Of a stretch of 64,000 nt of DNA, positions 35,579 to 49,420 are shown piece after piece (positions within the stretch are counted from its first letter, which is position 1; the number at the start of each line of letters is the position of its first letter). Origin of the DNA: Felis catus (lineage: Eukaryota); contig NC_058368.1 in assembly GCF_018350175.1 (NCBI RefSeq), forward strand, positions 41,418,001 to 41,482,000, written 5' to 3'. The notes below the pieces were generated by a model. That model made no database searches and had not been told where the DNA came from. It saw nothing but the letters and a program-made list of their open reading frames with translations. A program made the position numbers and the translations under genes.

Positions 35579-37479
35579 TCTGTGTGATTTTAAGCAAGGT
35601 GATGTTCCTACTTGGGTGTTTGTTGTAATTCTTGCCTTGAAAGTTTTTTAAGGGTTAATATATGTGTACTTTGCAAATAAAAAGGCAATTCACCAGAAAT
35701 GCTCATTTCTTTACAAAGTAAAAAGAGAAGGAGGAGGAGGAATAACTCCTTTCTCTAGGATATTTTTGCTTAAAGCCCTTGAGGGAGTTAGAATCATCCC
35801 AAAAAGCAGATTTTAAATAAAAGCAAATTAGTACAGTGCTAAAGCTATAGCTTTACTCGCCACCCACTATCAAGTGTTATTTGTGGAATTCTATTGTATA
35901 AAGATTAACAAGGGAGAATACAGATGGGCAGAGCTGCAATTTTATATAGATACGAAAAATGAAAAATACCTGTGAATCCCAAGTTGACTGAACTTCATTC
36001 AAGATTATTTTACACTTGGGCAGAACCGAGTGGATCAGGGGGACAGTCAGTCCATGGAGACTCTTCCCTATTGTTACCTCTCTGTAAAGCACTTCTGTCA
36101 TCAATTCCATGCTTAGAAATAGTCCCTGCCAGTGGAAATTAGGAAAGTAATTTTAACAGTGGAAATCAGCAAGTAAAACTCATCAATCAGTAGTCTTAAC
36201 AGAGAGAAATATAATCATGGCAGAAAAAAATGGGAGTCAGACCCCTGAGGGCAGTAGGAGTTTGGTATAAAGATACATATGATGACTTTGCAATAAGGAC
36301 ATCGTGCAAAACAATTCTAGATTGGCTGTCCTTGTCAACTCAGAGATGTCCCTAGCCTGTGGTCTTATAATAAGATCTCATTTACAACATAAAGATATTC
36401 AAATCATGGTGACCGATAAACAAGAAATCCACTGTAAGACTAGATGTCTTTTCTGAAGTACTCCTGAGGATATTTACTTTGGCCCCTTAAACAGTTTGCT
36501 TTGCTGTACCAAGAAAGCAGAAATTCTTATGTGACCACTTGCGCCAAATTTTGTAAATGCTGGCCTCTGGAAAGTCCACTGTTTAAGCTGCATCCACAGC
36601 AGCCACGGTGCCATCTGTCACATGGAAGTCAGCATATGCTGCTGGACCTGAATAAAAAAAATCTACGGCTGGCCCCAGCTCCTGTGGTCCCTTGGTATAC
36701 AGCTTTCTCCAACACCGATGCACATTTCTGCTGATTGACCCAGGTGGTTTCTTCCTCACCAAAGAGTGGATAAACCTTTAGTGTTGAGCCCAATCTATGA
36801 AAAACCAGAGCAAAGGCTCAGGGCCAGAAAAAAAAAAAAGTAAGTCAGAGGGAATAACTCTTAGGATTTCCACATAGCCATTTTCCCAAAGGCAGAGGAA
36901 CAGCGAGCAGGTGCAGGGAGAACAGGGAATGAGGAGGAGACTTGGACTACATGTCCAGAATCTATTGTCTTCCCCAATCCCCTGTAATTTCTTTACATCC
37001 AAAATGTCAGGAAGAATTTATCTGACTTTTGCCAGTGGGTCTAGAACTCAGATGTGTTTCAAAGTGGAGCTGGATGTTATCTTCCCAAGAATCACTGCTT
37101 TTCCTGAAAATTAATTAAAACACGGCCTTGCTGCAACTGCAGACACCATTGCCAAAAAGAAAAAAAAGTATTCTATGGGCCCACTGTTTCCCTTGCTGAT
37201 CTGATGCCTCTCTCACCACCAAACCTGCTGTAAATTTCGCATCCTTCAGAATAAGAAGGGAGGAAAGAAACAGCCTCTCCCTTCCAGTATCAAGTTACTT
37301 TTTTGTGTGGTTTCAGGAAAATGATCCCCAAAATTGATTCACAGTAGGAGTTTACATGCATTAAAACAAAACAAAACAAAACAAAACAAAAACCCTGCAC
37401 CCAACACATTAGAGGGGATTTTTCACAAAGGGACTCAATAGATCATTGCAAAAATGTCAGGAAAATTTACTATCGTGCT

Positions 37480-37700
37480 TAAGGGCCAGAATCCCTGGTT
37501 TATATCTTAGCTCATCATCTATTTATTAGCTGTGTAAACCTGGGTAAGATCCTTGCCTTCTCTGTGTCTTGTATCTTAATCTGAGAGCAAAAGGAGTGTT
37601 CACAGTATAACACAGGCTGTCGTGAAGATGAAATAAATTAGTCAATTAAAGATGTAAAAAAACCAACACCTGCAAACAGTGAATGTTCTATGAATAGTTT
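37480..37700 (+). mobile_element. MIR remnant
   Basis: …CCTGGTTTATATCTTAGCTC…TTATTAGCTGTGTAAACCTGGGTAAG…CTCTGTGTCT…GTGAAGATGAAAT. Confidence 0.7.
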
Positions 37701-38779
37701 TCTCACTCTGGGATAAGTTTATTTCACAAGTTTGTCATGTTCAATTTTATCTATGGACACCTTGTAATAGTAGCCACCATAAGCGTATTGTATCACAAGG
37801 GGTGACAAAAGAGGGAGAGAGTAGACAGGTTATGCAGAAGAGAAAATAAAATGTAGACAAAAATTTGACACTATTCTTGAGACAGTATTACCAAAATCTG
37901 GCACCTCTGGGTCACAAAAAGCATTTTCCCCAAAAAAACAGATTACAGTTCTCCATCCCTTCAAGCACAGTAGTTACATTGCGGCATTTTAAAACTAGGA
38001 CTGTTGCACAGTAAAAGAATAAAATGTTACAATCTTATGTGTGTTTTGGTTGGATGGGTGGGTGGTAGTTATTGTAGCTTTTCTGAGAAAACTGATAGAG
38101 ACACAAATGCATTCAGTAGCTCAAGCCTTGCTGAAGGACCATTCTGCCCACTAAAGATCTCCAAAAATAACTCTCTAGCAGAAGACTTTCAGAGAATTTT
38201 TCCTTTTTCTTTGTATCAGGCAACTCTTCCCAATTATCCTTTTGTGCTGTCATTTATAAACAGTGAATAGCTATGAAAGAAGAGCTTTTCAGCAAAGGAA
38301 AGCAGTGACATCCAACCCTTAGTTGCTACATTCTATTTTCTGACTTCCTTATTTGAGACAGTCATGAAACTGCCACGATTTAAACTATGAGAGTTTGGGG
38401 ATTGTACTTCAATAGGTCTCAGGAAAAGTTTATGGATACTTTTATTCAATTCTTTCATTGAATGATAAAATGTTTTATCTTCATTGCACAAAATGTAAAA
38501 TGCAGAAGAGAGGATGGAAGAATTAAGTCACCTGCAGTTTTATAACCAGATGTAATCACTTAAAAATTAGTGTGTTTGTGAGAAAGAGAGTTTATATTCA
38601 TACTACACATTATGTTTAATGCAGTACACCTAGGTTAAAATTAGATATGATAGATGATAGATATATAGATAGATAAACTAGAAGATTGGTAGATAGATGA
38701 GTAGATTGACAGAATGCATTATATGTGTATTATAAATGGGAAGAAAGAAATTGGGATCATTCTAAAAATCAGGTTAATG

Positions 38780-40800
38780 TTATCTATTTGGTTTTCCACA
38801 TATCATGAGGAGTTTCCTACATATTTAGGCATGCTTTGAACATTAATAGCTACAAAAATGTTATCATATTAATATACCATCATTTACCTGAGCTGAATTA
38901 AATGACTTAATTTATTAAGCTATTTCTTTACTGTTGAATGTTAGGTTGTTCTATTATTTTTCAATCTTAATGCTTTGAAGAAATTTCTGGAGCATCAAAC
39001 ACAGTTTGATTCTTGACTATTTATTTAGGATTTATTATTGAAAGTAAAAATATTGATCAGAGAGCCAAATTTCCCTCCAGAAAGCTTGAACCAATTTTCA
39101 TTTTCCCCCACAAGGATATGAAAATACTTAAGTGTATTAATTACTAATTTTAGGGTTAGCCAGTTGGGAACAGGGGACATATCATCTTATTGGGTTTTTT
39201 TTCTTAATTTGCATTTTAAAAATTATTGGTGAAGCTAAACATTTCTGTTTTAGTCTTTTGCTCTCTTTTAAAAAATTGAATGCCATTATACTTTGGAAGA
39301 GTTCTTCAAGCTTTTTAGAGGAAAACAGGTTTGAAAATGTTTTTATTAGTCAATTGTCTGTTAGTTTTATCTGTGATGACTTCTGAAATATCAGCGTTAA
39401 AAGACCAGGTAAAACATGACTCAAATAATTTCTGTGTGTCTGGGATATTCACCTGTATTTTCTGGTATCTGTATTATTCTGTTTTTATAAAAAGTGTTAT
39501 TTAACTTATTTTAAACCTCTGGAATTTATTTGGGTGTATGTTGTAAGCAAATAAACTAACAAAAACTCCCCAGATACCTACTATTTCCTGCAACTTTTTA
39601 TGACTAACCCATCAGTACTGCTCAGATCACTGTTGTTTTTGAGGCTGCATTTCTGCTCCATTTACGTATTTGCAGATTTTTATTCAAGCTGATTTTTGAC
39701 ATTATTGTATTTTATACGATATTTTATTTATTTTTTTTAATTTTTTTAATGCTTATTTATTTTTGAGACAGAGAGAGGCAGAGCATGAACGGGGGAGGGG
39801 CAGAGAGAGAGGGAGACACAGAATCGGAAGCAGGCTCCAGGCTCTGAGCCATCAGCCCAGAGCCCAGCGCGGGGCTCGAACTCACGGACCGCGAGATCGT
39901 GACCTGGCTGAAGTCGGACGCCTAACCGACTGTGTCACCCAGGCGCCCCTTTTATACCACATTTTAACATTTTGTTGGGAAATCATATTTCCTTATTTTC
40001 CAAATTCATCTTTATTTTCACTGCCTTAACGACACTAGCCACCATCCATCTGACAGTTCCCTGCTCCTTCTACTGCAATAATTACTGATTACTCTGAAGT
40101 TGAGAATTATTTTGACAAGTTCCAACAAAAAAACCCGTGGAGAAGTGATATATATATGTTTCATTACATCTATAAATTAATTTGGGAAAATTGGAAATTC
40201 TTACACTATTTAGTTTTGCTTACTGTGTCTAATGTATCAAAAGACAATTTTCATTAGAACACATATCTACGGATGCCTACGATGTGCCAGATACTGCTCT
40301 AAATTTTGGGAATACAGAAGCGGCAAAACAGATAAAAATCTCTGCCATGGAGAGTTTTACATTCTAAAGAGAACAGACAGACAGTGAGAAAACTAGCAAC
40401 AAGAAAAAAGTTAAAACATACTATGCCAGATGTTTGTAAACACCTGTGGAAATGAAACAAAAACTGTGTGTTGGGTGAAGAGGAGACACATCAGTGAGGA
40501 GGCAGCACTTTCTTGGGGAGTGAAGCTGGGAAAGGCAGAAGTTAGTCAGATATTTGGAGAGGAGGCATTCCAGGCAGAGGGAACCAGTTAAAACTTTTTT
40601 CTTTTTAATGGAAGATTCCTTCAAGCTTTATCTTCTTTGGATGCTCTCCAATCCTTTCTTGCAGCTATTTTAATGTATTTTATATTTTTTATTGCTAAGA
40701 AATATAATTGTCGTATCATTAGTATTACCGTTATTACATCCTCTAGGTTACCGCCATTTATAGAACAGAACTTGATTTTTTACTACTTTCTATTTATTTT
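38780..40800 (-). mobile_element. Highly decayed old L1 (L1ME-like) fragments, interrupted by a SINE and an L2 piece (~40260-40590)
   Basis: T-rich antisense L1 motifs (TTAGGTTGTTC, CCAAATTTCCCTCCAGAAAG, TTAATTTGCATTT, GGAATTTATTT, CTATAAATTAATTTGGG). Confidence 0.55.
39722..39949 (-). mobile_element. Young SINEC_Fc
   Basis: Reverse near-consensus with CpGs intact, ending …CACCCAGGCGCCCC. Confidence 0.97.
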
Positions 40801-40828
40801 GGGGGGTGTATTAAAATGCATCGGTATT

Positions 40829-41045
40829 GAGGCGCCTGGGTGGCTCAGCCAGTTGAGCGTCCAACTTCGGCTCAGGTCATGATCTCACGGTCCTTGAGTT
40901 CGAGCCCTGCGTCAGGCTCTGTGCTGACAGCTCGGAGCCTGGAGCCTGCTTCAGATTCTGTGTCTCCCTCTCTCTCTGCCCCTCCCCGCTCATGCTCTCT
41001 CTGTCTCTGCAAAAATAAATAAACATTAAATTTTTTTTCAATAAA
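40829..41045 (+). mobile_element. CanSINE
   Basis: Canonical body; approximate TSD TAAAATGC…GGTATT. Confidence 0.95.
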
Positions 41046-41818
41046 TAAAATGCTTTGGTATTAAAACACTATTTCAAATACATTTGCATGATAGGTAAGT
41101 ACAAATGGTGGTTCTTCCCAGCCTTCCTTATCCTCTACACTTCCAGAAATAGGAACTTACCACTGTTACCTATTTCTTTGGGTGGTTACATCCATATTTC
41201 TAAATAATAGGCTTCTAGTACTATTTATTGAATTTTCAGTTTTAGCTACTTAACAACCTCCTCCCATTCCCACCCTTACATGTACTTCTAACAGTGTCTC
41301 CAATATAGTTGTATTACGGTTTTTGTTAAACCAATATCTTGTGATTTTTGTTATGACTCAGGAACTATTCTTCAGATCTATACAACTCAGTTACGATGCT
41401 TAAATGTTTTTCTTGTCTGACCTCTCTTTTTCTGTTCCTGTGTTTTAACCTATGAATCATTATCTAATTTGTTTGTTCCTTTTTTTCTTCTGCAACCATC
41501 ATGATTCTTTCTCTCCAAGACTCCAACAAACCTTTCACATTCTTTTCAATATAATGGACACATTGGAAAGTCTATCATTTTTGTGTTGTTTTATTTTGCT
41601 TGGGTTCAATTTGTCTTCTGGCTCAAATCTCCCCGGAGTCCTCTGTCCTCCTGTTCCAGCCTCAATGGGTGGTGGATCCTATCTTCGTAGGATCTGTCTT
41701 CACCATCATCCTGAGGATTCAACTTGCCTCTTTTCTGTGTTGGATCCTCTATATTCTTGCATTTATAACTTCCTCTTTCTTGGTTAATTCCGTCTGGGGA
41801 AGCTTATCTTCAAATAAC

Positions 41819-42231
41819 CAGGAGTCAGCAACCTGTGGGCCTTCAGGCCAAATCTGGTTCTCCATCCAATTTGTACTAGACAGAAGTGGAAATAATTTTT
41901 ACATTTTCAAATGTATAGGGACAAGAGAATAATATTTCATAGCATACATGTGACAGTTTATGAAGTTCAAATTTTTACATTTTTAAATGTATAGGGACAA
42001 GAGAATAATATTTCATAGCATACACATGACAGTTTATGAAGTTCAAATTTCATTTTCCATAAATAAAGCTAATTGGAACACAGCCATACTTCCTCATTTA
42101 TGTATTGTCTATAGGTCGTTTCACACTACAAGGGCGGAATCCAGTGGCTGCAACACAGATCTGATGGTCCATACAAAATGTAAATTATTTGTTATGTGGA
42201 CCTTTAGACAAAAGCGAGTTGTTGACCATTG
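41819..42231. mobile_element. MER58B-like hAT-Charlie element with an internal 76-bp tandem duplication
   Basis: Termini CAGGAGTCAGCAAC…GTTGTTGACCATTG; CCATAAATAAAG…ATTGGAACACAGCCA; 8-bp flanks CAAATAAC/CAACTACC (6/8 match). Confidence 0.88.
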
Positions 42232-42239
42232 CAACTACC

Positions 42240-44650
42240 TAAGGATGGGACATGATATTAAGTTGTTTTGGAAGTTTTGCATTTGAAATGTTTCTATACT
42301 ACCCTCAGACCTAATTTATAGTTGAGCTAAGTACATATTTTTAGCTTAAAATCACATTATTTCTTCAAATTTAATTTTTTAAATGTTTATTTATTTTTGA
42401 GAGAGAGAGAGAAAGAGACAGAATGAGAGTGGGGGAGGAGCAGAGAGAGAGAGAGACACAGAATCTGAAGCAGGCTTCAGGCTCTGAGCTGTCAGTGCCA
42501 GGCCCAACAAGTTTTTTTGTTTGTTTGTTTTAATTTACTTTTGAGACAGAGAGACAGAGAGACAGAGAGAACACGAACAGGGTAGAGGCAGAAAGAGAAG
42601 GGGATAGAGGATCCAAAGCAGGCTCTGTGCTGACAGCAGACAGCCCGATGTGGGATTCCAACTCACCAACTGTGAGATCATGACCTGATCCAGTCAGATA
42701 CTAAACCGACTGAGCCACCCAGGTGCCGCTCCTCTCTATGAGTTCTTAAGTTATCAAGAGCTCTGAATTTTCAGAATAATCTGTCTTGCTGTGGATATTC
42801 TTAATTTATTTTACTGAGACCTCAAGGGGTTTTTTAATCTAGTAATATATTTCCTTCACTTCTGGTGATCTTCTCTGAAATATTTCTTTGATGATTTTCT
42901 CCCTTACTTTTCCCCAGTTCTCCTTTCCTACAAATCTTTTCATTCAGAAATCAGGCCTTCTGGTCTGATCTTTTATAGTTTTTGCTTATTTTATTATTCA
43001 CCTCCTATTATCCCTTCCTCTATCTTTTTGTTATCTCTAGAATTTTGCTTCGACTTTATTTTCCAATTCTCCATTCCCTATACATGCACGCACAGTGTAT
43101 GTAAATATATATAATATATGCCACCTATATAGTATACATTAATATTCAATATCATTCATTTAATGAATACTTTTTTTTAAATATTTTTCTGCTTTCCTTT
43201 ATGGCTTCACTCTTATACTCTAAGGGTACTTGTAATTTAAGTTTCCCTCTACTTAGTTTTTGCCTTTTTTTTCTTTTGCATGTTAGCCTCTGTGTAACAA
43301 AGTACCCAAAACATAGAGGCTGTATACAGACACACACACACAAATATGCATATATATACACCCAAATATTTTATGTATTGTTTGTTTGTTACCCCACCGT
43401 TTTCACAGGTCAGGAACAGTTTAGGGGGTGCCTCTGGCTCTGTGTTCCTCAGGAGGTTACAGTCAGGGTATCTGTAGTGGCTACCACATCTCAAGAATCA
43501 ACTGGAGGAGAAGTCCCCTCCAAGCTCTCTTAGGTACTCACATATTTTTAACTTTAAAATATATCCTATTTCTGAATTCTGTAATATTTCAATGATTATA
43601 CTGAGCTTATTGTTTTATTATCAAACTTACAAATTTTTTTTAAATGTAATTTTCAACAGCTTATGAGTATCAGCACTTCATGGTCACCCCTTGTAAAACC
43701 CTTTCCGAAATTTTGAGTTTTTAATGTTAATTTGTTCTGCAGGGAACCAAAATATGCATTCAGTTTATATATTTTTTTCAGGATGGTAACCACATGCTAT
43801 AATGATCATCTTGTGTTTCTGAGAATATCAATATGTGTAGGCTTTAAATATTAATTAAAACTTACATGAACTTAAAATTCTCAAATAACATTTATATGTA
43901 TATATATTAGCATGCACTATTTCAGAAAAGATTATAAGCCAAAATGAAATTTAATTCTTCATAAATATATCATTTTGCTTTTTTTTTAGTTGAATGAAGG
44001 GCTTTCTTTATGATTATAATTAAAAATTTGTACATGCTTGAACTAGGGTGAAAATCTATTGATTGATTGTACCTGATTCACAATAAAACCGTTCAAATAG
44101 TGGATCTATGTTATTGTTTCTTTTCCAGAAAATTTTCTTTATTTAATTCTAATGGGTATTGATTCTTTTTCTTTGAGCTCCTGGAACTCTTAAACTGGAC
44201 TGCAGGCTTTGTCTCCCATACTTACCAACTTCTCTCTCATATTTTAATCTCGATTTCCTCTTCCACATTATGAAATTCTTTCTCAGATTTGTCTTTTACA
44301 ATGCTATGATGATCCAAGAGATGAATTTTATTTTTCACTGCCTCTATTGGAAGTTTATATTATTGATTTATGTTTTTAGATTCCTTCCAATATAACTCTC
44401 AATGAACTCACATTCAGTATCAATCCTTTACTTTCTGGTAGGATCCTATTTCTGTTTATAGGGAAGAGGTCTTTTAAGGATTCTAAATAATTGTTTTAAA
44501 ATTCAAATCTATTTATTGTACAACTTTCAGAGGCATATCCTCCCCTTGAATTTTTAGTATGGCATTGTCTTTTCTTTACTCTGAAGAACTTTCTATATGC
44601 CCCATGTTGATTTTTATTATTAATCATTCTTGGATGAGGAGAGATAGCTC
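42240..44650 (-). mobile_element. Old L1/HAL1 ORF1-like remnants with inserted SINEs and a MaLR fragment (~43385-43530)
   Basis: Antisense ORF1-like T-rich motifs (…CCTTCACTTCTGG…TATTTCTTTGATGATTTTCTCCC…); a similar block recurs at ~44090-44400. Confidence 0.5.
42370..42728 (-). mobile_element. Two adjacent CanSINEs: a 3'-half copy (42370-42510) and a full copy (42512-42728)
   Basis: Two T-tails and two (GA) tracts but only one head (…GAGCCACCCAGGTGCC). Confidence 0.92.
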
Positions 44651-45344
44651 TAGTCATGATCTTTGCCAACCAAAAGGGTATGGAGGCTGCCCTTGTGGTA
44701 TTTATTGCCCAAGGGTTGCTGGTTGAATCCTATTCCTTATCCATATCTAGAAAACTGATTAGTACATACATCTCTTGACAAAACTCTCAGCATTGAACAA
44801 AATTAAATAGTGTAAGTTTCCTTTGCTCTAATACCAGTGTGTTTCTGTGATGATTTGAAAAATGATAAAGAAAAAACTGCTGCATTTCCTAGAAAATAAA
44901 TTTCTCTTATAAAACCCTTTACTTGCATCAGAGCATCCTTTCCTGTGAAATCTGTACATCCTAAGATTCACTACATCATGCCTAGTCATCCTGGACGATC
45001 TATTCTTTCTTTGTAATTTCTCAATGCCCGAGACATTGATCATATTGTGTGCATCCTTCTATGACTCCAGGGAAATGGAATGATATATATCTAATCTCTC
45101 CCTTTGTCTATGTCTCATACCTGCTTTCAAACATGTGCAGTGTTATTAGCCAAAATATTTTTCATGTCCTGGCAATGAGTTATCAGCCAGTCTCAGTTTC
45201 CAATGTTGTGAGTTTTATGCTTTCCATGTCTTGATAACTATTTAGCATGAAGAGATGAAGTCTGAGAACTACTAAGACAGTATCTTAAACTGAACATTTG
45301 GGTTTAAATCTAATATCCAAATTATCTCTACCATATTGATAGAA

Positions 45345-45431
45345 TATATATATATATTACTTTTATATATATATTTATATACATATATACATATATATGT
45401 GTGTGTGTTTATATATATACATATATATATG

Positions 45432-45490
<59 letters not shown>
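45345..45490. repeat. (TA)n compound microsatellite
   Basis: Direct inspection. Confidence 0.97.
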
Positions 45491-45492
<2 letters not shown>

Positions 45493-48299
45493 CTGATGCT
45501 GCTCATTTGGCATCAATACTGATTTTCCTCAAGAATAAGAAAGTCTATTTTTGGTGTGACTGCCTGTGTTTCATAGATCCTCATCTAGATTGTAATTTAA
45601 AAAGTGACATTGTTTCTTCTTAGCATAACAATTCCACCAATTTTTGTCTTACTAGGAATAGTAAAATAAATGCATCTAAATAGAAAAATGTTTGGATTTT
45701 TTCACTTTAACATATTATCACTTTTATTTCTCAACCCCCTACCCCAAATTTTAACAGTTAATTAGCACACCATGTTACTTGTGAAGAGGAAAACATTCTT
45801 TAGAATGACAGGTGGCTGGGTCCCAAGTCATTAGAAACTTATACCATTTCTTTTGGAGAACAAAAAGTAACAGATAAAATATGCAAATGATAATGCCGGT
45901 TTAGTATTCCATTTCTGGTATTTTTTTTTTCTCTCTTAAATCAAAGTGTACTTATAAAATGTAATCTTATGAAAAGATTGTCTAAATTTAGCAAACAGCA
46001 CAATGTTAAGCTATAATTATTATTATGAGTATCATTTCAAATTCTGTGTATTCACCTTGGTCAAAAACTATAATACTGGCAACTTGAAAGTTATGTTTTT
46101 AAAATCATATAAATATGTTTTAAACCTTATCCACAATCATCAACATTTTAGCTTGCTAGTAATATGCTTTAAAATAAGATGTATGATAAAGAAATTAGAA
46201 AACAACTGATATCAATGTAAAAAATTAGTTATTTGGTAATATAAAGTTATTGACATAATGTGACGTTCTACTGTCTTAAAATACACCTATGCCTCAAGGT
46301 TCCTGCCAGTAACTTTCTACAGTTGAGGAAACTTCCCTGATTTGCATTGACATTCAATAGCTTCCCCCAGGCAAATACCTGCAGACAATCAGCTGTTGAT
46401 GCCTGTCTATAGGCAGAGGAAAGCTTTAGAACAGTAGCTCTGTAAAATCAATTATTCCCTTGACTGTTACAAGAAGGACATTAGAGAACCCGGAAGATTA
46501 TCAGCTCCCATTTATACAGTTCTTTGCATTCCAAAGACTTTTGCAAACGTGTCCTTGATTTTTAATATAATTTAGAAGACAAATTAGTCAATATGTTACT
46601 AAACTCTAGGTTGAAAATCCTACTTCCTGGTATATATGACTTTCTCAGTTCTAGTATACCAAACTCCATTTATTAGGCACTCAGCATGCACTGAGCACTG
46701 TGCTTGGTCCAATGGGTCTACACAACATAAATTTTTATGAATAGCTTTGAAGTTAGAAAGAATTGCAATAGAATCCTGTCTGCCTTTTGGCTGCATTCCC
46801 TTTACCAAATTACATAATCTCCTTAGGAGTTAGAGTCTTTAGCATAAAGTGGAGGTATATTGTCTAATTCCTTGAGTGGTTATGATGATTAAACTTTATA
46901 ATCTACTTTAAGGTCTCAGCCCAGTGGCCAAGTAATCACTCTAGAAAAGGCACTGGATGAATGCAAGTCATTACTATTACTGAACTATCAAGAATCTCTT
47001 AGTATCAACTGTGAAGATACAGTTAAATAGATATTACTATTCTCCTTACCTGACAGGTCCTTAAAATATTTCAAAGGAAAAATTCAGAGAAATGTATCTC
47101 AAAAGTTTCTTAGTAATGTTAAAATAGATTACAAATTTGGACTGACATTGATAAAGAATTTATAAATACATTCTTGTATGATTCCTTTATTAGATGGTAT
47201 TTTCAATGCTATTGAAGCATTTATGGGAAAGTATGTTTAAGAGTAGAATTCATTGAATGAGACAGATAACTACACACAGTTAAATCTCTGAGATTAGGTC
47301 TTTCTTTTAAGGGAGAAAAATATACATATTTTAAAAAAGGTATTTCTCATTCATGATATAAACCAGAAAAGGGGAGAATAATTATAATTATTAAGAGTCA
47401 CAAAATTAGCAGAACGTTATTGCCAAAAGCTAGTTTGTGTCAGAAATAAATATTCTCCGGGGTGAAAATGATACCATTAGCTAAGAGAGATATTCATCCT
47501 CTATAGTCTCCAGAAACAGACTTGGAAAATGTTTATTAAAAAATTAACTGAAGTACTAGATCAAGACTGGTAAAACCCATAAAAACTTACTATATGTTAC
47601 TTCATTTAAATTTTGTTTGAATGTCATTTTCTTTATATATAAATACATTTTCATCAAAATTATACTATATTTAATAATAGTAATTCATCCTAAATGCAAA
47701 AAATAATTACTTTAACATGTAGAAATTATTTTTACTTTTCTGATACCCTTTGTGAATAATGAAAATAATGAGCCTAATGTACTGTAACATTCAAAAATTT
47801 CTACCTGTCAAATAAATTCCATTAAGATAGACATGATTCAAAATAGTTTAACCAGCCTTGAGAAGACATGATTAACAAAATCATCTTTATTAGATGCATT
47901 AGTAAAATTTAATATCTTTAGAATATAATGTAAGTAATGTTGACGAGATTTTAGGAAATAAATAATTACTATTTCATTTTCAGTTTAGAACTAAGTGAAA
48001 AATAAGACATATAGGAGATCCACAAACAGAGATGGAAATGTCAACTTTTAACTGATAAGTGCATTTGAAAGTGTGGCTTTAGACCTGTTGCTCAAGTGGC
48101 TTGATGATGGCTTGATACAAAAACACATTCTACAGAAAACACTCTTACCCATTATTCTACCATATCTGCTATCTTTTAACAGGTTAACTCCACTAAATCA
48201 AGAAATCGAGACTGATATGAAACAAGCATAGAAAGCTAGATAGCCCCCCAAAAAGGCACATTTCTAAGAACTCACTTCAGTTGTTATCAAGAGAGAGAG

Positions 48300-48910
48300 T
48301 AGAAAAGAAAGAACCTGCTGGAGCCTGGGGCCAAGGGTCACAGAGAACAGTGGGCAAGGGGGTATCTCCCTGAGAGCAGAATCAGGGCTTACTCAAAGCA
48401 CCTACCTCATCCCTAGTGCAATATTTTCCCAGTGGGATTTAAAAGTTACTATGGATTTATGACGGTGGAATGTTTTCTGTTCTTCTTCCTGAATGAGAGT
48501 GTTCGTTGCAATCTTCCCATCCTTGTTTCATCACCGAATGCTTGGTGTATGTACAAAGGGAGATAAAGTGATGGAGCTACATATGACTTGACATAGAGAA
48601 CACTGTGTATTATCAGAGATTCTGGACTTCTGAGCCTGATGCAGTGATGGGATAGAACCTTAGAATTGGTTCTAATCCCCCTCATGGAGAGGGGATGAGT
48701 GTTTTCTTTCATGGTTATAAGGTAGAAAAGGAATATCTGATGGTCAGAATTGTTACTAGTTCTGGTCAATGGATCATGAGTGGAAGTAATAAGTGTCACT
48801 TTCAGGTTGAAGCAATGAAAAGACTTCACCATGTACCAGGTTCTGTGTTCCTTTCCTATAACAACTCTGGACCATTGTGGAGGCACAAGACAGACAAATT
48901 CTTTCATCAC
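48300..48910 (+). mobile_element. MaLR internal 3' end plus start of an MLT1-type LTR
   Basis: AGAGCAGAATCAGGGC…GAGATTCTGGACTTCTGAGCCTGATGC (MLT1-int-like), then …TTCTGGTCAATGG…GAGTGGAAGT…GTGTCACTTTCAGG from ~48750. Confidence 0.65.
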
Positions 48911-49388
48911 AACTAGGAGCTGTCCTAGAGAGTCTCAAACTCTTTCAGAATTTCTTTGAATGAAAAACCTCTGTTTAGGTAAAATCCTGAAATTTGGTGA
49001 TTTAATTTTATCTTATCTATATAAGATTTATCTTATATAGCTATAAATGTTATCTGATATATCCATAGATTACATATATAATAATTTAAATAAAATTAAG
49101 CTTATACATATAAAAAGATGGATCAATGGAAAGCACTGGTAAATTGGATGATTCACTGTTTCTTTGTTTTTGTTTTTGTTTTGTTTTGTTTTGTTTTCAG
49201 AATGAGAAATCAGAAGAGGTATTCTTGTAGAAGCCTTGATATCTGGGAACAAGATCTTAGGAGGAAGAAACTTCTACACACAAGCTTGGGATATATTATT
49301 ATATATTAATTGGGACATTAGCTTTACAAATATATCTATTACTTACTTAGATAACATTTTAAATATTTAAGTAAGCGATGTTTAAATT

Positions 49389-49389
<1 letters not shown>

Positions 49390-49416
<27 letters not shown>
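49390..49416. repeat. (TG)n microsatellite
   Basis: Direct inspection. Confidence 0.97.

Positions 49417-49420
<4 letters not shown>

Noticed and set aside
47040..47075. Strong minus-strand donor-like CAG|GTAAGG with a nearby AG (possible micro-exon)
   Set aside because: The implied 10-nt exon is not frame-preserving, and isolated donor matches are expected by chance in 64 kb.
48449..48910. 153-aa minus-strand ORF
   Set aside because: Antisense to MaLR internal/LTR sequence; no recognisable domain.
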